Below, in pieces: positions 1-12,849 of a stretch of 64,000 bases of DNA. The notes under the pieces were generated by a model. The model saw only the letters and a list, made by a program, of their open reading frames with translations. It did no database searches and was not told the origin of the DNA. The stretch comes from Negaprion brevirostris (Eukaryota): contig JARDVH010000163.1 in NCBI GenBank assembly GCA_030324005.1, positions 44,451,353 to 44,515,352 of the forward strand. The letters run 5' to 3'. A program made the position numbers and the translations under genes. The stretch's first letter is position 1. Each line of letters begins with the position of its first letter.

Positions 1-211
1 GGACACAAGTCTTGCTGCAAGTTAACTAAGTAGACTGGGGGCTGTTTCTTTACGTGTGCCAGTGTTGTCATGCCATGGGTCCAATGATGATGTGTTGTTA
101 TTAGGAGACATGGTCTTCCATTATGTATCATTTTATCTTTAATTGGGAATCAGATAAGCTCCTAGTAGAGCAGCTTTCCTGACAATTTTTTTTAAAAGAA
201 TAAAAAAAATT

Positions 212-339
212 GGCCAGGATTTTACCACCTCACCTATCACAGGAATCATCGTGGGCAAGGGGCTTTCAAAAGGAAGATTTATGGACCTCGGGCAAGATTT
301 CTTCAGTTTTGGGACAAGCGAGGCTGTAAAATCCCACCC
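212..339. mobile_element. Short MITE (PIF/Harbinger-like)
   Basis: GGCCAGGATTTTAC ... GTAAAATCCCACCC imperfect TIRs flanked by ATT on both sides. Related copies at ~387-471, ~5745-5872 and 20228-20417. Confidence 0.6.
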
Positions 340-2599
340 ATTTTCTCAGAGGGACATTGATCAACCAATATGAGGTACTTAGCTAAGGGCTGCAATTTTC
401 TAGCCTAAAGTCCAACGATACTCAGCAGGACTGGGCGATCTCAGTGGCAGGCGGTGCTGGAAAATCCCATCATATGTCATCCAAAGCACCAGTAGAATAT
501 AGCAAAGAAAGCTTCTCCACACATTAAAACAAATACTTGTATTAACATGGCCTAAAGGCGTCCCAAATATTTCTGCAATGTAGTTATTGTTGTTATATAT
601 GAAACACATCAGTTAGCTAGGATCTTGCTGTGTGCAAGCTAGGAGATAAATGACCAGATTTGTTTTAGCAATGTTGTTTAAGGNNNNNNNNNNNNNNNNN
701 NNNNNNNNNNNNNNNNNNNNNNNNNNNNNNNNNNNNNNNNNNNNNNNNNNNNNNNNNNNNNNNNNNNNNNNNNNNNNNNNNNNGGTTAAGGGTTAGTTCT
801 TGGTCAATTTACTGGAAGAACCCCTTTGCTTTCTTTGAATAGTGCCACAAGATATTTTATGTGCACTGATGCAAATGAATTGTCTATTTAACATCTCATG
901 CAAAAAACAGATGTAGCGTATGTATTGTAGTTTATATTGCTGTAAGTCTCAAAAGTTAAAATTCTGATTACACGGGTGTGAAATTAAAACGTCAATGTTG
1001 CACCAATCTATCAAAACTTTCTTGCCTGGAGTCACAGGAGGAAATTAAAGATTAAACCTGTGCCTACGCTTATGAGGAAAATGGCACCATGCCAAGATGA
1101 AGCACAGAATTTCCATTCAACATCACAGGCCAGTGCAATTGATTTGTGTTTATAATAGAATGGATGCCATGCCTGATTAATTGCAACAAAAGTTAAATGG
1201 GTATCACCCTGTAATCTTTGCCTATGAATCTACACCCAATGGTTGGGCTGCTTTGCAATTTATTGGTGGGATTATAAAATTGAAAATATTTTTCCACATG
1301 GGTTTACCTACTGTTGACATTAAGCAAACATCAGTTCCGGTAGGATCAAACAAATACTTGCTTGATCTGTGTGGCAGTGACTTTCCCCAGACAAAGGTTA
1401 CAGTTTATTCTGTGAAAATTAAAGGTACAAACACCTCTGATGGCCTGGTAGGTAAAGGTGACTGTTTCCAAGCCAGTCGATCAACAGGACAAACATCCTA
1501 AATTTGATTTCAAATCTGCACTAAATTAGCTAATTACAATGAAAGTAGGAGTTAAGAATTGCTCAAAATAAAGCTACCTTTTTGTGGAAAAAAATGACCC
1601 TGGGTCCGCGTCCAATTGCTACCCATTGACCACTGTTGCAAAGTGTGGTTGTTCAGTTCAGCCATAGTTGGACAGGCTCAGAACCTCAACTCACAGCTAA
1701 AGAATGGCCAATTAGATGAGATATAGTTCAATAAGCTATCACTAATACTGTGAAGTAATTAAAAACGCACACAGTATCAGGTGACTTGATGTTGCAGTGT
1801 ATTGGCATGCTGTTCAGTATATCACAGATCAGTATTCAGTATTCAGATCTCTTATTCCATGAATTCCAAGGTTCTGATGAGCTGTTTTATGTGTAAACTA
1901 AATTCATCAAGCAAAAAACAGATCAAATACGATAGGCCAAGGGGGGGAATTAAGAGGAATATAAGATTGGCAAAAAGAAATTTGACATTAGAATGCCATT
2001 TAACTTGAAAGGGAACCTAAATATGTTCCATTGACATATAAATAGTAAGAGATGGGGTGGTTGTTGTTCCTATTTGGGACAAAGAAGGTGATATATGGCA
2101 AGAGGTACTAGGCAAGGCTAGAGCATATAATAACTACTTTGCATGAGCCACCTTTTCAGTGGATACCCTTTGTCACCCAGCAACCAACCATTCAGCCAAG
2201 CTGGAGCCAGGAACAGGATGTATGCATCATCAAAGCTGCCAGGTATACCTTACACAGGTTTGCTGAATCTGGTCCTGTGGATGCATACTATCTGTATGTT
2301 CATGGACTGATAAGCCTTCCTATTCACAAAGGCACCTGGCTGATTGTGTTGGATGGCTATCTGAGTGCAGTCTGTGGCACACTGGGTGCGGGTAAATCCA
2401 GCAATAGCTGCTAAGCCTTTGGCTTGCTCAGCCTGGTGGCCTGGTCCATCCAGTAATGTGTGGAACCGTCAGAACAGAGCATACAATATCAGCTTGATAC
2501 AATCATGGACAGTTGATTGGGACAGTCCACTCAGATCCCCCACTGACCTTGGGAAAGATCCAGATGCATAAAAATTGAGGGGAGTATGACCTTCAGACC

Positions 2600-4215
2600 C
2601 ACTGGCATCGGGCACCCACTCACACAGTTCGAAGTGACCTCTAGTCCAATCATATGTTTGACTAACCTAATTGAATTGATTGATAGAAGTTGATGAAGGA
2701 AAGATAGTGGATAATGTCCACGTACATTTGAGACATGGTCATATATANNNNNNNNNNACCTAGACTGTGGATCATGAAATAGGACTCTCAGCATTCAGCT
2801 TGGATAAAAAAATAAGGACAGAAAATAGTGAGTTTTGATGAACGGCTGTTTTTGAGGCTGGAAGATGGTAGTCAGTGATGTTCCCCAAGGGTTAGTGCTC
2901 GGACCACTGCTTGTTTTGATATGTATAAATGACTTGGACATTGAAACACAGAGTGAAATTTTAAAATTTGTTGATGATATTGAATTATGAGTTCTGGCAA
3001 ACAGTGAGGATGATATGAATCAAGTGTAACAGGGCATGGGCTAGCAAAATGGACAGAAAAGTGACAGACACAATTTAATACAGGGAACTGTGGAGTGATG
3101 CATTTCAGCAGAAAGATTGGGGGAGGTGGTATAAACATTGGGCAGGATTCTTCGATCTCATCCGTGCCCATCCCATCTGCAAGTGAGAATGAAGAATTTG
3201 CGTCCTGCCAAAACTCCATTCACTTTCAATGGCATCGGTGGATTCTAGCAGTGAACAAGGATGGAGGCTTTTGATGATAATGGCAGAGTTTAAAGGTTAG
3301 GGTGGGGAAAAGGGATCTTGGAGTTTGTGTGCATGGATCTTTAAAAGGTACACACCAAGAAAGTAACTGGCAAAGTATATCAGATCTTGGGCTTCATAAA
3401 TGGTACAACATTGAGCACAAAAGCAGGGAAATTATGCTGAACCTTTACAAAGCTCCAGTGAGGTTACAATGAGAGTATTATCTCTGGTTCTGGTCACCAC
3501 AGTTCATTTATTAGCATCACAAGTAGGCTTACATTACCACTACTATGAAGTTACTGGGAAAATCGCCTTGTCAGTTCAGGTACACTGAAGGGGAATTTAC
3601 CTTGGCCAATACACCTAACAAGCATGTCCTTTAGTCTATGGGAGGAAACCAGAGCACCTGGAGGAAACCCATGCAGACACAGGGAGAACATGCAGATTTC
3701 ATACAAATAGTAACCCAAGCCAGCAATCAAATCCAGGTCCTTGGCGCTGTGAAACAGCATGCTAGCTAGTGTGCCACCCAGTCCTTGAGAGAATGCAGAG
3801 ACCTACGAGAATGGATGCAAGGATGGGGTTTTGAGCTACAACATTAGGTTGGAGAAGCTAGAGTTGTTCTTCTTAGAGCAAAGGTGATTGAGGTGAGATA
3901 TAACAGGGATATTGAGAGGTTTGGATAGAGGTAGACAAGGAAAAATTGAACCCATTAACTGATGGCAGAAGAACTAGGGGACACAGATGTAAGGTTTTGG
4001 GTAAGAGATGCAGTGAGATGTGAGGAAGAACTTTTTTTTAAACAGTGAGTCATAATGACCTGGAACTCGCTGGCAATGAGGGTGGTGGGAGCAGAGACAA
4101 TCAACAATTCCAAAAGGAAACTCAGTTGTCCCTTGATAGAGCAGGGAAATTACTGCATGGAGAGCTGGCATAGACTGATTGGGCTGAATGGTGACATCCT
4201 ATGCCATAAATGTCT
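2600..4215 (+). mobile_element. CR1 LINE 3' relic, interrupted by a SINE and a small insertion
   Basis: Degenerate RT-coding sequence (GVPQGxVLGP-, FxDD-like) and a CR1 tail GGGCTGAATGG. Confidence 0.8.
3505..3779 (-). mobile_element. tRNA-derived V-SINE (HE1-like head, Rex-like tail type)
   Basis: Reverse complement of the GGTGGCAC...TAGC...CACAGCGCCAAGGACC head; GTAAGCCTACTTGTGA tail. Confidence 0.85.
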
Positions 4216-4739
4216 CCTACTAAATGGATTTTAGTAGCTATCCAACAAGAGGGAACAATGTTAAGTTCAGAGCATGAAATAACATGCATCATTCTTGCCT
4301 ACAAGCTGAAAACTACCGTAACAGAAGTCAGAGTCTAGGCTGCCACTATCTCTTTTTGCTATGGAATTCTGCACTGGTTGATGGGATGGGGGAAATAAAT
4401 TCATAACAATGTGCCAATTCTTTCCATTTGTGTTTAATAACTTCCAAGAAAATTGTTTTGTATTCATCCATCTTGAGAAGGTCAATTTTTATGCAGAGTC
4501 TCCATGCTTTTCTCTCTCCAGCCATATTAACCGCTGCAGTCAGCTGTGCTAGAATAAATTGTAANNNNNNNNNNNNNNNNNNNNNNNNNNNNNNNNNNNN
4601 NNNNNNNNNNNNNNNNNNNNNNNNNNNNNNNNNNNNNNNNNNNNNNNNNNNNNNATACGCTGTGCCTTTGTCACTATTTTTATTGGAATTGTAAACGACC
4701 GGTATTAATAGATGCCACAATAATAATGATATACAGTCG

Positions 4740-5945
4740 ATCAGCCTCTGCTATTTTCAAAATCTCTATCTTGATGCCGCCACCAAATTGATCTTCCCCT
4801 CTCTTCACCTTTCAGCGTTCCACAGGGACCATTCCCTGCACATTACCTGGTCCATTTTTCAATTACTTTCAGCACCCTCTGTGCTTCCCACAGCACCATC
4901 CCATGCACGCAGAGATGCAACATCGGCCCTTTCTCTCCAACCCTTCCATCGTCCAAAAGCTCAAACACTCCTATGTGAAGCACCAATTTAGTTGTACTTC
5001 TTTCAATTTATTTATATTATGTTTGGTGTTCAGAATGTGGTCCATTCTATACTTGGGAGGACATTTCCATTTAGTCAACAAGTGTGTCCCTGAGCTTCTC
5101 ATCAACTGCTCAACTATCATTCTTAATGATTGACTTCACTCGTACCCTGACATTTCAGTCCTTGGCCTCCTATCCTGTTCCAACTGAAAAACAGTCCCTC
5201 ACCTTTTGCTGAGGCACTTTACAACCCAATGGACTCAACACTGAATTCAACAATTTCAGGTCATCATCTCTGTCCCCATGTTTTGAACAGCAGTTATTAT
5301 TAATGAATCTGCTATCAGGTGTGGCATGATGGCACAGTGGTTAGCACTGCTGCCTCACAGTGCCAGGGACCTGGGTTCAATTCCTGGCTTGGATCACTGT
5401 TTGTGTGGAGTTTGTAAATTCTCCCCATGTCTGCATTGGTTTCCTCTCATAGTTCAAAAGATGCACTGGTTAGGTGCATTGGCCATGCTAAATTCTCCCT
5501 CAGTGTACCTGAGCAGGCACCGGAGTACGGCAACTAGGAGATTTTCACAATAACTTCATTGCAGTGTTGATGTAAGCATACTTGTGACACTCATAAATAA
5601 ATAAATAAGTATTCCATTTGACAACTGCTCTGGACAACATTCCTTTTGTAATTTGAGCTCTCCTGTTTTCCAGTTTATCACTGACCTTCCCTTTGTTTGT
5701 CTCTTCCCCTGTTAAAAAAATCTAGTCCTGATGAAAGGTGTGGAATATGGTAAATTTTCCAGTCCTGCCCTGTCGTGGGAATCATTGTGGGTGGAAGAGG
5801 CAATTGAAAGTTCTGTTGACCTTCAATGGGCATTTACAGTCCTGGGGTAGGTAGGACTAGAAAATCGTGCCCAGTGACTCTGTTTTTCTCTCTCCGTGGA
5901 TGCTGTCCGACCTGCAGAGTAATTCCAGTATTTTCTGTTTTATGT
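4740..5945 (+). mobile_element. Penelope-like element 3' relic (GIY-YIG region plus terminal repeat) with nested SINE and MITE
   Basis: Degenerate endonuclease sequence (FSCTSFNL; GTLQPNGLNTEFNNFR at ~5215-5260) and terminal CTGATGAAAGGT...TCTCTCCGTGGATGCTGTCCGACCTGC. Confidence 0.75.
5319..5608 (+). mobile_element. tRNA-derived V-SINE (HE1-like head, Rex-like tail type)
   Basis: A box GGCACAGTGGTTAGC, B box GGTTCAATTCC, V-domain-like core, tail ...CTTGTGACACTCATAAATAAATAAA. Confidence 0.9.
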
Positions 5946-6399
5946 CAAGTTTTTTATTCCTGGGACTCTTGAAGAACAGCTTTTGGGAGTACTGCACTTG
6001 AAGATGTCCCATGTAACCTCAGAGTCCTTTCTAACATGCAATGGTTGGCTTTCTTTCGTCTGGGTGCCAAATTGACCACAAGCAACACTTCTTTTCACAA
6101 AGTAGTTTGCAGCCTCTGAGAATAATTCTCACAATGTTGGCCATTCATGCAGGACTGTTCCTTAGTTATGATTCTGCCTCATTTGTCTGTCACAGTTCAG
6201 AAAATTGTTCAAAGCTCCCTCAGTAGACCTGCTGGTAAGATAGTGAGGAACTGAGTTACAGACCAGGCAGCTCCCAGGTCTAATGCCATGTAGCAGGTGA
6301 GTTAGTACATTACAATCAGAAAAATGGCAAACTGCTGCAATTCCCTTGAGTAGCCCCTCTTTGTGAAGGCCAAATTGCCTCATCCTAATTGTTATCCAA

Positions 6400-7110
6400 T
6401 GACACACTCTCCAATATTGATGCACAGTGGCAACAGTGTGTACCATCTACAAGATGTCTTGCAAGAACTCACCAAACCTCAAACAAAAGAACAAAGAACA
6501 GTACTGTACTGGAACAGGTCCTTTGGCCCTCCAAGCCTGTGCTGACCATGATGCCTCCCTAAACTAAAGCTGTATGCATTTATGGAGTCTGTATCCATCC
6601 ATTCCCATCCTATTCATGTATTCATCTAGATGCCCCTTACATGCCACTATCATTCCTGCTCCCAACATCACCCCAGGCAACGCATTCCAGACAGCAACTT
6701 TCAAACCCATGAATGCTACCATTAGAAGGATAGGGCAGCAGATACATAGTTACACTACCAACTCAAAGTTCCCCTCCAAGCCATTCACTATCCTGACTTG
6801 GAAATATAACAGCTTCACTGTCTCTGGGCCAAATTCCGAGAGCTCCCTTGCCAACAGCACAGCGAGTGTACCTATACCACATAGGTCAAATGGAATATTT
6901 ATTTATTTATGAGTATGCTTACATCAACACTGCAATGAAGTTACTTGAAAATCTCCTAGTCACTGCACTCCGGTGCCTGCTCAGGTGCACTAAGGGAGAA
7001 TTTAGCAGCAGTTCAAGAAGGCAGCACACTAACACATCTCAAGGGCAATTAGGGATGGGCAATAAATGCTGGTGCAGCCAGTGTCACCCACAACCCATTA
7101 ATGAATTTTT
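6400..7110. mobile_element. Mosaic of LINE relics: LINE 3' end (+), CR1 tail (-, ~6480-6690), SINE tail (-, ~6905-7007)
   Basis: GGGCAATTAGGGATGGGCAATAAATGCTGG tail at ~7042; AAAGAACAAAGAACA CR1 tail repeats; ACTGCAATGAAGTTAC SINE tail. Confidence 0.65.
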
Positions 7111-7359
7111 AAAAACATGTGTACATCAGATGAAAGAAAGCCAGGAACCAGCTTTTTTCTGATGCCTACTTAGATGCAGATACTCATGGTTTGGGCTCAT
7201 TTATTAAGAGTGGCTAATTTGGATAGTGCTTGTGCTCCCTTATCTAGTCCAAGTTACACTCCTTCAAGTCTTTCCAGATTGTTACTGAGTCAAGCACAAT
7301 GAACAACACGATGGTGATAATGGGTACCATGTGGACACCATGATATGGGTATCTCTTGT

Positions 7360-7660
7360 AACAATGTGGAGATGCTGGCATTGGACTGGGATATACACAA
7401 TAAGAGGTCTCACAACACCAGACTAAAGTCCAACAGGTGTGCTTCAGACACACACAACATTGCGTCCTGACTATCATGCCAACGGCTGCGCTCCCTGCCA
7501 ACCATTTCAACCATTATCTTGTAAATTGAGTTTATGTCTCCATATGCCCTGTTTGTGAACACAAGTCCTCACTCACCTGATGAAGGAGCAGTGCTCCAAA
7601 AGCTTGTGCTGCCTGTTGGATTTTAACCTGGTGTTGTAAGACTTCTTACCGTGCTTACCT
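7360..7660. mobile_element. Penelope terminal-repeat relic in inverted arrangement
   Basis: TCTCACAACACCAGACTAAAGTCCAACAGG (~7408-7437) is inverted relative to CCTGTTGGATTTTAACCTGGTGTTGTAAGA (~7612-7640); contains CTGATGAAGGAGCAGTGCTCC. Confidence 0.75.
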
Positions 7661-8004
7661 CTTGTATAACAGGCGGGACAGGGACTCTAACTTAGCTTGT
7701 AGCTAGGGGAGGAACATATACTGAACTGTGCTTCAAGGTCATCCATATTAAAAGGTTATAGTACAGTAATACGATTTTCCTCTCTGTTCCTCATTAACTG
7801 CAAATAATTTGGGCATTAAATTATACGTATATAACTAGCAGTCACAACAGTTGAATTCTACGTCTGGATCTTTAATACAACAATCATATCACCCATCACA
7901 TATAAGTTCTTAGTTTACAGGACTAATGTGATTCAAACCAAAAATGAATATGTCTGTAGCAACAGAAGTCAATCAGCAGGAAGTATCAGGCAGAATGATA
8001 ACAA

Positions 8005-9495
8005 TTTATGTTTATGTATTGCACCTTTAACGTAACAAAACATCCCAAGACAGTTCACAAAGCAAGATAAAACCAAGTATTACATCAAGCCACAAAGAAA
8101 AAATTAGGCCATCTGATGGAAAGCTTGGTGAAAGGGGTAGCTATTAAGCAGTGTCTCAAATGACAAAAGTGTGGGTAAGAGGTTGAGAGATGTGAGAAGA
8201 GAATTCCAGATCTTGGGAGCCTAAGACAACTGAAGGCATGGCCCCCAATGGTGGAGAAATTATTACTGGGAATTTACAAGAGGCCAGAATTAAGAAGCAC
8301 AGACAGCCTGGGAGATTGTGGTGTTGGAGGAGGGTACAGAGATAAGGATTTGGAAAAAAGGAAGAGAATTTTTAAATCAAGATGTTGCTTGCCTGGGAGC
8401 CAACACAGGTCAATGAATACAGCAGTGGTGGTGAAACATGATTTACTGTGAGTTAAAACATGGGCAATGTAGTTTTCAATGACTACAAGTTTTCAGATAT
8501 GGGAGACCAGCCAGGGGTGTGTTAGAATAGTCATGTTTAGAGGTAATAAAGACAAGAATGAGGAATTCAACAACAGATAAGCCAAAACAGGGGTGATGTT
8601 GAGTGATGCTACGGAGATGGGAGAAAGGTAGTTTGAGTGATAGTATGAATATGTGGTCAGAAGCTCATCCCTGAATCAAATGTGACACCAAACTTGTGAA
8701 CAGACTTGGATAATCTTAGACTGTTGCCAGGGAGCGAGTTGGAGTCAGTAGTTAGGAAACAGAGTTTGGAGTGGCACCAACATCAATGGCTTCAGTCTAA
8801 AAAATATTTAATTTGAGAACATTTATGCTCATCTAGCAGTCTGACNNNNNNNNNNGTAGAGCTGGGTGTCATAAGCATACATGTGAAAACTAATGCCATG
8901 CCTTCTGATAGTAAAGGCAGCATGTAGATGGGAAATAAGAGGAAGGTCAGTGATTGATTCTCGGGTGATTATGCAGTAGCAGAAAGTGACGCCATTGGAA
9001 GTGATTACAAGAACACAAGAAGTAGGAGCAGAGTAGAACCTATGGCCTTATATAAAGCCAAATGACTATGGATGCTGGAATCTGAAACAAAAACAGAAAA
9101 TGCTGGAAAATCTCAGCAGATCTGACAACATCTGTAGGGAGAGAGTAGAATTAATGTTTCAAGTCTGGATGACCCTTCACCAGAGCTGAGGAAAATAGGA
9201 AGGGGAGGGGTGATATTTGTTGAACCTATGGTCTGTCATGCCTGCTCTGCCAATGGATACCATCATGGCTGATTTTGGGCTTCAACTGTAATCTCTAGCT
9301 ATGATTAAAGAGATAAAAATGGAAGCAGGTCAGAGCAGTCTCAATCAGTTGGCCCACAAAGAAGAGATTTTGGAGGTGGGGATGGTTTGGTTGACTATGT
9401 CAAAGGCTGAAGGGAGATTGAGAAGAATGAAGAGGGAGATTTTCCCTTTACCACAGACGAGGAGGGAAATTTTAACCTTTGCCACAGTCAGGTAG
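8005..9495 (-). mobile_element. L2-type LINE relic with nested Penelope and CR1 fragments
   Basis: Reverse-complemented L2 tail (GCACCTTTAACGTAACAAAACATCCCAAG) and degenerate RT sequence (TCAAAGGCTG...); Penelope end at ~9055-9190. Confidence 0.7.
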
Positions 9496-10404
9496 GATGT
9501 CAGTTATGATAAGCACAATTATTTGGCAAGTCCAGGTTGTGGGATCTGATTGTTTGCGTCTCCTGCCAAGGCAAGTTTTTAATTGTGGTTTGCATTCCTC
9601 AAATAACCCGACAGTTAATTAGAACGTGTCACTTGNNNNNNNNNNNNNNNNNNNNNNNNNNNNNNNNNNNNNNNNNNNNNNNNNNNNNNNNNNNNNNNNN
9701 NNNNNNNNNNNNNNNNNNNNNNNGTGTTGAAGATTCTTCAGGAATTAACAAACTTGAATCCAAAGAAATGAAACACCTACTTCATCACGGCACAAAATGA
9801 AACATCTCACTGAAATGCACTTAAGAACACATAGTAAAACATAAGTTGAACTGAATCCTGAGTCTAATCCTCAGATTCCATTTGTTATGATGCAGCTTTG
9901 TTTAGAAGCATTACTGTGCATTGAAAGTTAGTGATAAAAGACATCATTTTCAGATGTTTAGTGATGCATCTCTTACAAAAGGAAAATCTTTATGTTATTA
10001 CCAAAAATGCTTGTTTGCTTTGCTGTAATTGCCAAACAAGTTTGACCTGCTACTTTATTGCTTCATAATTTGAGTGCTAATTTTGGAAGATGAGATAAAT
10101 TCTGCAGCAGTCTTTAATAATCTAAATTTTGTCATAATTATTAAATACTGTTATTAAGGATACGCAAAGGGAAAGCTGTTTATGTATAACCTTGGAATGT
10201 CTTTGAACAGCTTGTTATTATGTGATACTCCAGAACTAATTTGCTTAGTTAAGAGTCAGACCAGGCTTTCCATCCTTCTGGAAGTCCTGATGTGTTATGT
10301 GAACTTGACACATGAATATTGCAGGAACTGATTGATGCAACGGCAACCCACTTCAAAACTATCATTTATGAATTTGACCTTTAATATTAAGAATGATGAA
10401 AGAC

Positions 10405-10830
10405 GGATGTTGACCAAAATACCAGGAAATTCCCTGCTCTTCATGGTATAATGACTCAAGACGATTACTAATACCTAAGAGGACATATTTCACCATCTAA
10501 CAGGAAACAGTTCCAACAATGCGGCTCTTCCGCTCTCCTGGAAAATATTTGACACTCAATCACCATCACTAACAATAGACTGGTCATGAACGCAGTGCTG
10601 TTTGTAGGATTGCTGTGTGCAAATTGGCTGTTGTGTTTCCTTGGAACAGTGACTACATTTTAAAAGTATTTTGTTTGGGACAGTGAGGTAGTGAAAAGTG
10701 CTGTGCAAATGCAAGTTATTTCTTTTAATGCTAAGTATCTAGAGTGGGGCTTCAACCCATGACCTTCTAATGAAAGAGATGAGAGTGCTACTACTGACTC
10801 AAGCTGACCATCAAGGTAATAATGCATTCA
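10405..10830. mobile_element. SacSINE1/Deu-type SINE fragments
   Basis: TTGCTGTGTGCAAATTGGCTG...ACAGTGACTACA...GTGCTGTGCAAATGCAAG tail; similar fragments at ~500-900 and ~11450-11570. Confidence 0.55.
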
Positions 10831-10867
10831 CCTCGGAATTCTGATGTGGTATAATTTGGGGACATAT

Positions 10868-11130
10868 CAGAACATAAGAACATAAGAACATAAGAAATAG
10901 GAGCAGGAGTAGGCCATCCAGCCCTTCGAGCCTGCCCCACCATTCNNNNNNNNNNNNNNNNNNNNNNNNNNNNNNNNNNNNNNNNNNNNNNNNNNNNNNN
11001 NNNNNNNNNNNNNNNNNNNNNNNNNNNNNNNNNNNNNNNNNNNNNAAACAAAAAAGTTATTTAAGACCTCAGCCATTTCCCCATCCCCTACCACTAGGTT
11101 CCCCCTCTCATCCTCTAAGGGTTTTCCCCT
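10868..11130 (-). mobile_element. Young CR1 LINE, mostly collapsed into an N gap
   Basis: (GAACATAA)n tail with AGGAGCAGGAGTAGGCCAT on one side of the gap; ORF2-like MAEVLNNFF on the other. Confidence 0.8.
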
Positions 11131-12849
11131 TCTAACACATCCATGTAAAGAATCACTTGGATGAAGCAGATGATGAAATGATGAATGTACATCTGTAATG
11201 GAGTTGATCCAACGTACTGCCCATCTAAATTCAGGAAGTCAATCATTTTAAATTCAGTTTCATTCTTCATTGCTAGTATTAATTTTCAAAAAATTCATGG
11301 TTCTAAAGGAATTTGTATCCCAAGCAGGGAAAAGAATCCTTCATGAGGTGCAGTATTCTTTGCTCTGATTTACACAAATATTACAATAATTGTGTCAAGG
11401 TTTCAGAAATGCTTTCGTCACACTTGTCTAATCCAGTCTTCAGTACATTGCAAATAATGTTGTCTTTATTCTCAACAGTGACTGTCCATCAAAAGTATAT
11501 CATTGATTGTAACATGCTTTGGAATATCCTGATGTTGTGAGAGCCATTCTGTAAAGAAATGCACTCTTTTTCCTTCGCTTGCTTTTTCCAGAGGTCCAGT
11601 AATGTTCAGTCAGTGGTGAATGGAATAGTGTTCTCATCTTGCATCTGATCCCGTGAGGTGCCCTTAGAGTCTAGTCTGAAGTCAGGGAGCTTGGAAGAAA
11701 GGGTTGCCCAATGGCTCCAACAGCATTAGGACCTAGTCTATTGTTAGTGATGGTGATTGAGTGTCAAATATTTTCTGGCCCAGGGAATGGCTGGGCTTTT
11801 GAAAGGCTAGGGTTGGGGGAGTATCAGGATCCTGAGGCAGTTCAGAGGCCAGGATCATTGCAGAGCGCAAGCCAGGGGCAGTTTGAAGATGTTATGAAAG
11901 AAAATGGGCAGGGGTGCTAGGTTGGGGAGGTGGGGAGGAATGTGTCCAATAGTATGGGTTGGATGAAGAAGCTGTACTGGATCCAGCTGGTAAGTGAAAA
12001 GGCACTAGCTGCCTAGATCCAGCAATCCTCATATCACATTTTGCCAGTGGCTTTCCTGAAAAGCTTAACCAGCCAGGATTAGATTTTAAACTGTGCTTAA
12101 AAATGAAGCATCCTAGCTCATTTTAATACTTAAACTGGCAGCCCACGGTTTCTGTAGAGCTTGGTTTCCCACCTCTGTGCAACCTCAATTAAAACCAGAA
12201 ATGGAGGGTTGGGATTGGATTTCTGATTTTTAACATCCAAGATGCCTGATTTTTTTTTAGGGGGGGTGGTGGGGGTTAAAATTTACCCTCACTCCAGCAG
12301 AGTTTAAACCAAAAAGTATAAACTAGTCTTGAACTATGTATAGAATGTGAAATAATGATTGGGAGCGAGACATAGGATTAGAAAAATGAGAAAAAAAATT
12401 AAATTATCTTTTAATTATTTTTTGATCTCCAACACTAATTAGCATACGAAGGAAAGCAACTCCACACTTATAAAGTTATGTTTTCAGAACCAAAGAGGTT
12501 ATTTAACAGCAATTATTACATCATTAAAATTTCACTGACTGCTGAATGTGCCAGCCCCAATATTTTACTGTCTGCATAGTGAGTAATTAGGAGATAGAGA
12601 CCCTAATTTAACACCATTTTATGGACTTTAATGCTGAGTCTATTGACACAGCTTTGTTGGGGTGCAACTTCTGGATTCCCATGTTTAACTTGGAAAGTTT
12701 CTCTTGGACAGTGAACACTATTTGCATTGCCATTATTATTTACACAAAGAACAGGCAAATACATTAGTTACACACAAACCACCAAAAGCCCGATGTTTCT
12801 ACAAATCACGTTATTTCATCAGCAAACAAATGGAAAGGATTATCAACAG

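Noticed and set aside
4267-4720. Possible EPHA4 exon 4
   Set aside because: Translations do not resemble the cysteine-rich exon 4 peptide; the region spans a gap and could at most be non-coding conserved DNA.
5319-5395. tRNA gene (A and B boxes)
   Set aside because: SINE head continuing into SINE body and tail; the same holds for the other copies.
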